Positions 16,707 to 24,180 are shown, counted from the first letter of the stretch. The stretch is DNA of 43,417 bases from a virus (IMGVR_UViG_3300025078_000005:1-43417); one strand, 5' to 3'. Notes: generated from the letters alone by a model not told the origin. Made by a program: numbers and translations.

Positions 16707-17529
16707 GAGGATTTGCGATTAAGTGTTTAACAAAGGAGCACACTGTCGTGTTTGTGTGTACACCACCTGTAGCGGGAGGGGTTGTCGGTGTAATGTTGCC
16801 GCTGCTGTCCCATGTGCCCCATAGAGCATGCTGTGTGTCGTTGCTCAGGTCGTAGTTGGGTGGTGTGGACGAGAAGGCTACAAGTGCTTTCTTGATGTGT
16901 CGAAGAAGGCTATAGTCAGGGCGATCACGCCTGTCGTCAGTGTCGTCGGACCAGTGGTTCCCTGCGCATAGATTGCCATCTTCTGGGAAGATGTTCGGTA
17001 GACCTACTGGGATGTACGGGCGGTTGTTTCGCAGCATGAAGATGCATGGGCTTCCTGCGTATCCTGAGAGCGGAAAGGAGAGGAAGATGCGGGCGTTGTG
17101 GCCTTCTTGGATGTTAATACGCAGAGGGCGGTCATCGAAGTAGAGACATGCGTCGATTTGCTCTTGTGAATATCCGTCATTGTGCCCATGGGGCATGCGG
17201 CGACGGTCACGTAGCTCTAGTAAATGGCGGCTGCCTGTATTCAGTAGGGATGCGCCGCAGAGTGGGAAATAGTTGAGCTCAACAATGACCTTAACAGTAC
17301 TTGTGTTCTCTTCCTGTCCTGTCCAGATATGTTTAACCATCTTGGTGTCGTCGATATCTGTTCCGTGGAACACTGGATAAGGGGACCACAGGGTCTCGCT
17401 GAGTTGTCGGTCCATGAGCTGCTTGAGGAAGCGCTCTTGTGTGCCAATACCAATCTCTTGAGTGATACGACGGACGAATTGATCTCCTTGAAGGACGATC
17501 TCTGTTTTTGTTTCAATTGAATTTGACAT
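16699..17529 (-). CDS. prokaryotic E2-like conjugating enzyme
   Basis: LPNIFPEDGNLCAG matches the E2 PN..dG.hC catalytic motif; downstream FSSTPPNYDL; next to Ubl and E1. Confidence 0.75.
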   Translation of the reverse strand: MSNSIETKTEIVLQGDQFVRRITQEIGIGTQERFLKQLMDRQLSETLWSPYPVFHGTDIDDTKMVKHIWTGQEENTSTVKVIVELNYFPLCGASLLNTGSRHLLELRDRRRMPHGHNDGYSQEQIDACLYFDDRPLRINIQEGHNARIFLSFPLSGYAGSPCIFMLRNNRPYIPVGLPNIFPEDGNLCAGNHWSDDTDDRRDRPDYSLLRHIKKALVAFSSTPPNYDLSNDTQHALWGTWDSSGNITPTTPPATGGVHTNTTVCSFVKHLIANPHA

Positions 17530-17551
17530 GGTATTGGTAGTTTAAAAGTGG

Positions 17552-17581
17552 TGGCCCATGCCTCCGAAGAGACATGGGCCA
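17552..17581 (-). terminator. cUUCGg-capped hairpin between Ubl and E2 (attenuator or stabiliser)
   Basis: TGGCCCATGTCTC-TTCG-GAGGCATGGGCCA followed by CCACTTTT. Confidence 0.6.
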
Positions 17582-17603
17582 TTGGTTGGTTGCTTAGGGG
17601 TAA

Positions 17604-17822
17604 CTAAGCCTTGCTGGAACCCTCTTTTTCAAGGGTGAGGGTGCTGTAGTCAGCGACGAGTTCGTCGCCTTTGATGACTTCGCCGCCAGACATTGCGCGG
17701 ACATCCGAAGATGCACCGAGAACGCTGAGGACGTTGCGGTTAGCGAGGAGATCGCTGATTGTTGTGTTTGGGTCCAGTGCAGGTGTTACAGTGGACATGC
17801 CGTAGTTGATTTGAGTAGCCAT
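17604..17822 (-). CDS. ubiquitin-like (beta-grasp) protein
   Basis: 72 aa; beta-beta-(TISDLL helix)-beta pattern; final strand LTLE followed by tail KEGSSKA; first gene of the E2/E1/JAB operon. Confidence 0.78.
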   Translation of the reverse strand: MATQINYGMSTVTPALDPNTTISDLLANRNVLSVLGASSDVRAMSGGEVIKGDELVADYSTLTLEKEGSSKA

Positions 17823-18072
17823 AGCTATGTTTTACTTTATCGTTTGTTCTTGTGAATGTATCCGTTCATCGAATACGAGAGTGTTATCGCTCAGGTTCCT
17901 TTAGGTTCTCGTCTCCTGTCAGGTTCCTTATTTTTCTTTTCTCTGGACAACGCTAATTCTTCAGAAATACCTCTCCGCGAGCGATACGCAGTGCACAATC
18001 TCTAGTGCGGTTACAATTTTTTGTTATGTTTTTATAGACAGTCCTCTATTGCTCGGGGCATCTGTCTGAGAG

Positions 18073-18315
18073 TTATAAAAGTTCTTTAACCGTGCCGCCG
18101 TGAAGCTGCATTCGGATTGCTTTGGACTGGAAGTCTTCGGACTTGTTATCTAGTTGTTCTTTAAGCTGAATGCAGTTGTCTTCAAGCATCTCGATACGAT
18201 GCTTGTCCTCGAATCGAAGTGCGTTCATTGTCTCTAAGTCTCCATCGAGTTGGGAGACACGTTCCTTGAGATCCTTGACCTTCTGTTTCAGTTGTTCTTT
18301 GGTTGGATTGGGCAT
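18073..18315 (-). CDS. coiled-coil hypothetical protein
   Basis: Heptad pattern. Confidence 0.65.
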   Translation of the reverse strand: MPNPTKEQLKQKVKDLKERVSQLDGDLETMNALRFEDKHRIEMLEDNCIQLKEQLDNKSEDFQSKAIRMQLHGGTVKELL

Positions 18316-18327
18316 ATGTTTCGTTGG

Positions 18328-18561
18328 TTAAAGTTTGAGGAATGTTTTAGGCCACGTTCTGTCGTGTGTTTCTTGTCTTTCTCTAGGCATCCAGTTGCCT
18401 TCGTCGCTTGCAGATTCGATGGAAGATATTCTCTTCGTCATTTGTCCGTCAAGCATCCTGATCTGTTGGCACCATAGTCGCTCGATTCCCCAGATCATGA
18501 CATACTGTCCATCTTCTGTTGGTGTTTCTGTTAGTATTTGCATAATTTGTAGTGTAGTCAT
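18328..18561 (-). CDS. hypothetical protein, paralog family A
   Basis: ILTETPTEDGQYVMIW...WCQQI. Confidence 0.6.
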   Translation of the reverse strand: MTTLQIMQILTETPTEDGQYVMIWGIERLWCQQIRMLDGQMTKRISSIESASDEGNWMPRERQETHDRTWPKTFLKL

Positions 18562-18595
18562 AGGCCGTCCATCCCTTGGTGGGATGGACGACTGT

Positions 18596-18748
18596 TCAGG
18601 TGATGCGGTCTTCTTCTTCTCGTTGTAGCTGTGGGCGATTTCCCTGCCAGCGTTTCGTCCGCGCCCATCTCTCTAGCCCCAGCAACAGGGCATCAAGTAT
18701 CAGGGGGACGAAGAATAAGGCACATCGGGTTATTACGCGTCGTAACAT
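18596..18748 (-). CDS. small hydrophobic protein (50 aa)
   Basis: MLRRVITRCALFFVPLILDALLLG...; fills the gap between genes. Confidence 0.4.
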   Translation of the reverse strand: MLRRVITRCALFFVPLILDALLLGLERWARTKRWQGNRPQLQREEEDRIT

Positions 18749-18752
18749 AAAG

Positions 18753-19004
18753 TCATGAAATCTTGATGTAAGCAAGTGTCTGGTGATCCTCATGCTCACC
18801 CTTGATACACCTGATGACGTAATCTGATAAATTTGGATTCTCATGAATGCCACGGAATCCTGCATGCGCAGGATACCATATGTCAGAAAGCACGCCGCCG
18901 CGCACGGTGAACGTAACGCCCCTGGTCTGTGTATTATTGTATTTATACAGGACAGTATATTCGCCATTTTCCGTCGGAAAGTCTGTAGTGATTTCAAGAT
19001 TCAT
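18753..19004 (-). CDS. hypothetical protein, paralog family A
   Basis: ITTDFPTENGEYTVLY. Confidence 0.6.
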   Translation of the reverse strand: MNLEITTDFPTENGEYTVLYKYNNTQTRGVTFTVRGGVLSDIWYPAHAGFRGIHENPNLSDYVIRCIKGEHEDHQTLAYIKIS

Positions 19005-19147
19005 CGTCTATGATTTTAGTGGTTTCTTTGAACAGTGTAGTCAATGCAGTCCGTGGATCTGTGTGGAAGTGGTCCTGTGCTATTGTATTCATAAGCAATG
19101 CTTGGATGTTGCGTGTGAATACTGAGCTTTTGTGATTACGTTTGTGT

Positions 19148-19369
19148 TCATGTTGTTAGGTAGGCTACGTTTCTTTCGCTGTTGTTCGCGGCGTATGTTG
19201 TGTAAAGATCCCAGCCCGTGTTTCCATTGGCTCTCTGATAGAAGCATTCCAGATGTCCTTCTAGGTTCCAGTAGAGTTGTCGGCATTGCATGACATTGCC
19301 GTGGGCTTTCCATATCATTACGAAGGGCTTCGGGTAGCTTGTTGGCGGTAGTTCTGAGGAGATGTTCAT
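19148..19369 (-). CDS. hypothetical protein, paralog family A
   Basis: ISSELP...FVMIW...QCRQLYW. Confidence 0.65.
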   Translation of the reverse strand: MNISSELPPTSYPKPFVMIWKAHGNVMQCRQLYWNLEGHLECFYQRANGNTGWDLYTTYAANNSERNVAYLTT

Positions 19370-19602
19370 GTTCTTAAGCTGGTGGGATGGACCATGAAGC
19401 AGTGTTGGTTGTTTAGTGTGTACCTATGGAGTCCTTCGATGGCTATGTTATCCCATATGGAACCTCTTGGATTAAATATCGTTAGTTGTGGGCCATCCCA
19501 TGAGAGTTGCCTGCATTGAACAGCATGGTCTGTCTGGAAGACTAGGGTGAACGCAGTTCCGTTTATCTCATGCATCTGCGGCATCTCTGTGAGAATGATC
19601 AT
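19366..19602 (-). CDS. hypothetical protein, paralog family A
   Basis: ILTEMP...FTLVF...QCRQLSW. Confidence 0.65.
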   Translation of the reverse strand: MIILTEMPQMHEINGTAFTLVFQTDHAVQCRQLSWDGPQLTIFNPRGSIWDNIAIEGLHRYTLNNQHCFMVHPTSLRT

Positions 19603-19853
19603 AGCTTATAAGTGTTCTTTTTCTTGGGCGGGTTGAGCATGCCCAAGAATGCTGTGATTACTGTGAAGAAGAACCCTGCTAGGAAGGCGGTGCAGAGCCC
19701 TGAGAATGTCCCTAAGAAGAGCACAGGGATGCAGAGGGTGAAGATGACGTCCCACATGACTTGAGTCCGTAGAACGAATGTGAGGCTGAATACCTTTGAA
19801 AGGATCAAGAGGTATGAAAGGGCGCAGATGAATGATATGAGTATTATTTCCAT
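19599..19853 (-). CDS. multi-pass membrane protein
   Basis: Three hydrophobic segments; FLGTFSGLCTAFLAG; basic tail; start at MEIILI. Confidence 0.7.
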   Translation of the reverse strand: MEIILISFICALSYLLILSKVFSLTFVLRTQVMWDVIFTLCIPVLFLGTFSGLCTAFLAGFFFTVITAFLGMLNPPKKKNTYKL

Positions 19854-20200
19854 AGGTTCAGTGTTTTGAGGAATGCTTCGGCGCGTTGTGCTGCTGTGGC
19901 GGTGTAATATACCCATGTTTCATGGCGCAAGATGTTTCCTCTCTTGTCTTGGTCAATTACTTCGCGCAGGTTCTTTGCGTAGGTTTGCCCGAGGTGCACT
20001 CTTGCTGCCTTCTCCGCTTCGTGCATGGCATTGAGGTCGTTGCAGTAGTCGGGCAAGTATAGACTGTTTATAACGGCTCTCTTTCCGATTTCTTCGCTTT
20101 TGTTTTCGGGATGTCGCCAAGCTGTCGGAAATGATCCCATGTTTATAGGCGTCCACCCGCAAGCCTCGGCAATTGCTATTCGTTGTTCTTGTTCTGTCAT
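19844..20200 (-). CDS. phage ABA-sandwich-like protein (paralog 1)
   Basis: AIAEACGW...PDYCNDLNAMHEAEK...TAAQRAEAFLKT; start at MTEQEQ. Confidence 0.75.
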   Translation of the reverse strand: MTEQEQRIAIAEACGWTPINMGSFPTAWRHPENKSEEIGKRAVINSLYLPDYCNDLNAMHEAEKAARVHLGQTYAKNLREVIDQDKRGNILRHETWVYYTATAAQRAEAFLKTLNLWK

Positions 20201-20499
20201 TTTGATTCCTCCCATTTTCCAATTGTTTTTAAGAATGCCTCGGCTCGTTGTGCTGCGGTGGTGTGTATTCCGTGGGAGTTGGTGTCCATACTGTCGAGGA
20301 TAGTGGTAAATCGTCCCATTTTCCCCCAATCTAGCACCTTCTCGGCTTCGTGCATGGCGTTGAGGTCGGAAGTGTAATCAGGAAAGTTTTCCCATGTTTT
20401 ACCATCGGTGGTGTGGCCCCATATGTCAGCTAATGCAAGCTGGCAGAGGTTGAGACCACATGCGGTAGCTATTGCTTTATGTTGTTCTGAAGTTGTCAT
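20197..20499 (-). CDS. phage ABA-sandwich-like protein (paralog 2)
   Basis: AIATACG...PDYTSDLNAMHEAEK...TAAQRAEAFLKT. Confidence 0.75.
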   Translation of the reverse strand: MTTSEQHKAIATACGLNLCQLALADIWGHTTDGKTWENFPDYTSDLNAMHEAEKVLDWGKMGRFTTILDSMDTNSHGIHTTAAQRAEAFLKTIGKWEESK

Positions 20500-20564
20500 A
20501 GTAAGATGGTGGCATGAATCGTGTCGAACGAGATGTCTGTTTTGCAGACAGCGCCTGCCATGCC

Positions 20565-20645
20565 TTAAAGGTTACTGTCATCCCGAAGATGCTTGATGAT
20601 TATTAGGAGTGCGAAGAGTGCGGTTGCTGTGATTAAGAGTGTCAT
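20565..20645 (-). CDS. 26-aa single-TM peptide
   Basis: MTLLITATALFALLIIIKHLRDDSNL; ATGA-coupled. Confidence 0.45.
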   Translation of the reverse strand: MTLLITATALFALLIIIKHLRDDSNL

Positions 20646-20893
20646 GATCCTGCTATGAGTGTTGTGTGCTTGTTATTATAGACTTCAAACAGTTGATACC
20701 CAGGAGACGAATCGCCATCCTGTTGTGCGTTGTTGATTATTCGGATTGCCTGCGAGGTGTCTTTGCAGCCCCTAAAGTCATCGATCAGTTCTGGATGGTT
20801 TTGAAGATCATTTAAAAGCAGCCGCAGCGAATCCGCCATTACAATTGCTTCGGCTCCGTGGTCGAAATATTTTATGAAAAGAAAGAATGTCAT
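20642..20893 (-). CDS. hypothetical protein
   Basis: Start at MTFFLFIKY; ...DGDSSPGYQLFEV. Confidence 0.6.
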   Translation of the reverse strand: MTFFLFIKYFDHGAEAIVMADSLRLLLNDLQNHPELIDDFRGCKDTSQAIRIINNAQQDGDSSPGYQLFEVYNNKHTTLIAGS

Positions 20894-21146
20894 AGGTAAA
20901 GTGAGGCAGTTTTCCACTTGCCTAGGTGGTCGCTTGGCCACCCTTTCGTAAGTGGCATCCCGCATCCCATCAGCTGACAGGAGCCATGGTCGGTGTTTTT
21001 ACCTTTAAACTACAAGCGTGAAAGTTGGTGCCCTGATGCACGGGTCACTGTGCCACTGCGCGACTGTTTAAAGGTTTGCAGCGCCTTGGGTAAGTAGCCT
21101 GTTTATTGATGAGGCATGGCCCAAGGACAGGGCATAATTGAATTGA

Positions 21147-21215
21147 GGAGGCTACCTGTAGCAGCACAAGTAGCATTGTGGCTACCTGCTACAGAAGGGA
21201 CTCGAACCCCCTTAG
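21147..21215 (-). ncRNA. structured element with tRNA T-arm-like hairpin
   Basis: GGGGG-TTCGAGT-CCCTT followed by a CTGTAGCAG...CTGCTACAG stem; no full cloverleaf. Confidence 0.35.
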
Positions 21216-21237
21216 CCAGTATCGCCGCCTCAAAGTG

Positions 21238-21393
21238 TTAATCGAAGCAGGGACGCTTGTCTCCGCTGTTACCGAATGCTCCCTTGGTGCGGCCACGATG
21301 CTTGTTCTTGGCGTAGGCGGAGCGAATGTTGAAATGGTGGCCCTTTTCAGGGGACCATGCGAATGCTTTTGGTGATTTACGTTTACGTGACAT
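21238..21393 (-). CDS. small basic protein (51 aa)
   Basis: MSRKRKSPKAFAWSPEKGHHF...; A/C-rich leader like the other genes. Confidence 0.6.
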   Translation of the reverse strand: MSRKRKSPKAFAWSPEKGHHFNIRSAYAKNKHRGRTKGAFGNSGDKRPCFD

Positions 21394-21412
21394 AGTTTTG
21401 TTGGGTTGGGTG

Positions 21413-21556
21413 CTATAAAGATACTGCGTTGGCTACTGCTACGGGAATCATCACTGCCCAGAAATGTGGGGAGGTGAGGTCATGGCCCATGACACTGAGG
21501 TATCCCCCAAGGTATGCAGGCATTGCTATGTATTTTAAGAAGAATTTAAAGGACAT
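21413..21556 (-). CDS. small membrane protein (47 aa)
   Basis: Two hydrophobic segments; start at MSFKFF. Confidence 0.5.
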   Translation of the reverse strand: MSFKFFLKYIAMPAYLGGYLSVMGHDLTSPHFWAVMIPVAVANAVSL

Positions 21557-21557
21557 A

Positions 21558-21818
21558 TTACACTTCCTCCTCCTTAGGCTTAGCGATGTCGCTGAGGGCT
21601 TGGAAGACTTTGGATGTCTTGGAGCGGACGGCCTTGACTGTGCGGGCTGTGCGTTCTGCGGGAGAGCCTTCGACTTCGTTGGCGATGTCAATGGCGCTGA
21701 TTTCTTCGATGAGTGCGAGATCGTGAACGACCTTTATTTGAAGTTCGTTGAGTTCCTTGTAGCCACGAGTGCGAAGGACGGTGAGTGCTGCTGTTACTTT
21801 TGGATTTTGTGTTTGCAT
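21558..21818 (-). CDS. hypothetical protein
   Basis: A-rich leader and typical composition. Confidence 0.65.
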   Translation of the reverse strand: MQTQNPKVTAALTVLRTRGYKELNELQIKVVHDLALIEEISAIDIANEVEGSPAERTARTVKAVRSKTSKVFQALSDIAKPKEEEV

Positions 21819-21959
21819 TGTATTATGTGTTGTTGGGTTAATGAAATTAATTGAGAGTAGGTCAGGGCGGCGGTCTCGTGCGAAGAGCTCGGTGCGACCG
21901 AGTTTCCACGTGCTTATGGCCTGACTGCCTGATCAGGGCATACATCTCTCAAAGTGTTG

Positions 21960-22436
21960 TTACATAGTTGGCATGATCCACTGGTCGCGGTTCATGATGT
22001 CGCATGCTTCTTGGGCTGCTGCGTATGAAGTGAAAAGCGATGCGGCATTACCCGCTGAAGAAGTGGTTTCAAAGGTCCTATGGTTGAGGTAAACATAGAA
22101 GAGGCTCCCTATGCCCGTGTCCGTGTGCTTAGCATTGCACTCAAGAGCCAGTTGATACAGGCGTTGATAGAATGTGAAGAACTTGGATGCTTTTTCGGCT
22201 GCTTCGCGGGTGTGGAAGAGAACACCTGCTTTTGCGACGGTGGAGCACTGTGCTGCGTTCGTGTGCCAGTTGACTTTAGCAGGGGTTACTGCGTAGCAAG
22301 GAGTATGAGAATCTACACCATAAGGCTCCCATGGAACATGAGCCTCTGCTTCTTTGAGTTCTGCGCGGACTGTGGCAATTTCACCTTCTGCGAATTTCAG
22401 TCGGCCTAGTAGTTCGTCTCGTTTGTTTTGATTCAT
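21960..22436 (-). CDS. hypothetical protein
   Basis: Start at MNQNKRDELL; GVLFHTREAAEKA and FTSYAAAQEA repeat-like motifs. Confidence 0.7.
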   Translation of the reverse strand: MNQNKRDELLGRLKFAEGEIATVRAELKEAEAHVPWEPYGVDSHTPCYAVTPAKVNWHTNAAQCSTVAKAGVLFHTREAAEKASKFFTFYQRLYQLALECNAKHTDTGIGSLFYVYLNHRTFETTSSAGNAASLFTSYAAAQEACDIMNRDQWIMPTM

Positions 22437-22585
22437 TATTTTACAGGAGTTGATGAGATAATTGAGTAACCTTGCTTCAGGTATTTGGTGACCACTGGAC
22501 CATCGACGGTGTCGGTGCATGTCACAGTGGTCTGTTGGTGCGGGAAGCCTCGGCTGTATTTTTGAAGTATGAAGCTGTGTTTCAT
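22436..22585 (-). CDS. hypothetical protein (49 aa)
   Basis: MKHSFILQKYSRG...YLKQGYSII; TAATG-coupled. Confidence 0.55.
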   Translation of the reverse strand: MKHSFILQKYSRGFPHQQTTVTCTDTVDGPVVTKYLKQGYSIISSTPVK

Positions 22586-22753
22586 GTGTTAAGTGTAGTT
22601 GTTCCCCCATGGGCGGGGCGCGATTGCCTTGCGGAGGTGCTGTCCCTTGCGGAGGCAATGTTGCTGGTGATGAAGGTAATTGAAAGCAGAGAATCCGATG
22701 GAGCATGTTCCATTGTTTCATCTGTTCGGCTGAGCGAAGCGAAGAAAATTTTG

Positions 22754-22793
22754 AAAAAAAGGCCCTATTGAGAACCTGTCTCAATAGGGCCTT
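22754..22793 (-). terminator. intrinsic terminator
   Basis: Perfect GGCCCTATTGAGA stem followed by T7 on the minus strand, just after the 22801 stop. Confidence 0.85.
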
Positions 22794-22800
22794 GGCTCTT

Positions 22801-23340
22801 TTACTCTGAAAGGTGGCCGGCTAGGATCGGGGGACCGGTCCGGCGTCGATAGTCGCGGGGATCATCGGGTGTGGTGCGGCGGTTTCGTGCTAACTCGTTC
22901 CAGTGATAGTCGATTTCGGCCTGTGCATCTGTGGGGTTTAGAAGCGGGGCAGCTTGTCCAAATTGCGGTTGGGTTAATTCGGTAACGCTTGGGATACGGC
23001 GGAATGCTGTATCTTGTTCGGGGGGGAAATGCTCTTGTGCTTCGGGCTGGTAAAAGCCTGTTTTCAACTCCTCCAGTGCAGCGCGTGTCTGCTCATAGCG
23101 GGTTTCGAGAATTCCAACGATTAAGCGGTCAAATGCGGGCTGATCTAGCTCGTCAACCTCTTCAACGGGGAGACCGTAGCGAATCCAAACTTCCTGCTCT
23201 AGCTCGGCTTCTGTTTGCTGGCGTGTTAGGTCGTTGTTTGCGAGTCTGTCCCATTGGTTAGAAGGGGCGCGGTAGCGTGGCGCGGGGCGCTCCATGTTCC
23301 AATGGTCGCGGGGGCATTTGATGTTTGCGGAAATGTTCAT
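22801..23340 (-). CDS. hypothetical early protein
   Basis: 179-aa ORF followed by a terminator. Confidence 0.7.
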   Translation of the reverse strand: MNISANIKCPRDHWNMERPAPRYRAPSNQWDRLANNDLTRQQTEAELEQEVWIRYGLPVEEVDELDQPAFDRLIVGILETRYEQTRAALEELKTGFYQPEAQEHFPPEQDTAFRRIPSVTELTQPQFGQAAPLLNPTDAQAEIDYHWNELARNRRTTPDDPRDYRRRTGPPILAGHLSE

Positions 23341-23392
23341 GATAAAAGAGGCCAGTTTTAACCGACTGGCGGCGGGTTGGAATGGTTGCTTG

Positions 23393-23656
23393 CTAGTCTT
23401 TTAGGAAAGCAGCAAGTGCATCGGCGGCAGCGGGATCGATCTTGGTCACTTCGTTAAAACCATCAACCTGTTTAAGGATGACGGTGTGAACTGAACCAAG
23501 TGGCCAATTGGCAAGCTGGGCTGGAGTGTTGCACCAATCTTTGACGGTGCGGCCTGACTTAGTAACAAGGCTTACAATGGTACACGGCTCGCCTTTTTTG
23601 GTCTGTGCTGGTTCGTGCGATGCTACTAGGATCTGAATTGGCTTTGTTGCGTTCAT
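23393..23656 (-). CDS. hypothetical early protein, possibly OB-fold
   Basis: Beta-rich; TKKGEP turn. Confidence 0.65.
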   Translation of the reverse strand: MNATKPIQILVASHEPAQTKKGEPCTIVSLVTKSGRTVKDWCNTPAQLANWPLGSVHTVILKQVDGFNEVTKIDPAAADALAAFLKD

Positions 23657-23821
23657 ATTTGGAATGCCGCTTTGGTCGGTGGGCTGCCGTTTGGTTTTGT
23701 AATGTGGTCGAGATGTTCGACACTTAACACAACCTACACTTCTGAGGGCGGTTGTCGATGTGATAAATGTTTATTGGGGTGAAAGGTTTTAATGGTTAGA
23801 TGAATTATATTCATGTGAGAG

Positions 23822-23837
23822 TGTTCCACGTGGAACA
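23822..23837. promoter_or_regulatory. parS-like ParB/Spo0J binding palindrome
   Basis: TGTTCCACGTGGAACA, a perfect 16-bp palindrome fitting the chromosomal parS pattern; intergenic. Confidence 0.8.
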
Positions 23838-24000
23838 ATGGATTTTCGACAAAGCTCTTCTATAGCCCTTCTTCGCAGTGCCTCTTTTTAAAGATATATA
23901 TATGAGAATGAATGAGACGGAAGAGAGTGAAGGGGGGCTTGGTGAGCCTAAGCGATCCAAACACGGTTCGCTCGAAGACGGAAGGCGGATCATGGGCGGC

Positions 24001-24180
24001 TTATCGAGCCAGATATTCCGCAACGTCTTCACGTGTCAATGGTTCAGGATGGCCACAAGTGCACCAGTCCTCTGGATGGCCGCATGTTGTGCACATGGCC
24101 TCTTCATCGGGAGCTTCACGTTCGAGTTCGTCGTATTGTAGGCCAGCTACGATGGTTGAGATGTGTGTTGGTTCATTCAT
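24001..24180 (-). CDS. 59-aa Cys-rich putative zinc-binding protein
   Basis: MNEPTHIST...CTTCGHPEDWCTCGHPE...; below the ORF-track cutoff. Confidence 0.65.
   Translation of the reverse strand: MNEPTHISTIVAGLQYDELEREAPDEEAMCTTCGHPEDWCTCGHPEPLTREDVAEYLAR

Noticed and set aside
21147-21260. Canonical tRNA gene
   Set aside because: Only the T-arm is recognisable; no upstream acceptor strand, D-arm, anticodon arm or CCA, and the upstream part overlaps a plausible ORF
21857-21945. Hammerhead ribozyme
   Set aside because: CTGATCA does not match CUGANGA, and the GAAA stem lacks a correctly placed UH cleavage site
21960-22784. 274-aa version of this ORF
   Set aside because: The extension crosses a terminator hairpin, a structured spacer and a separate 49-aa gene; start placed at 22436
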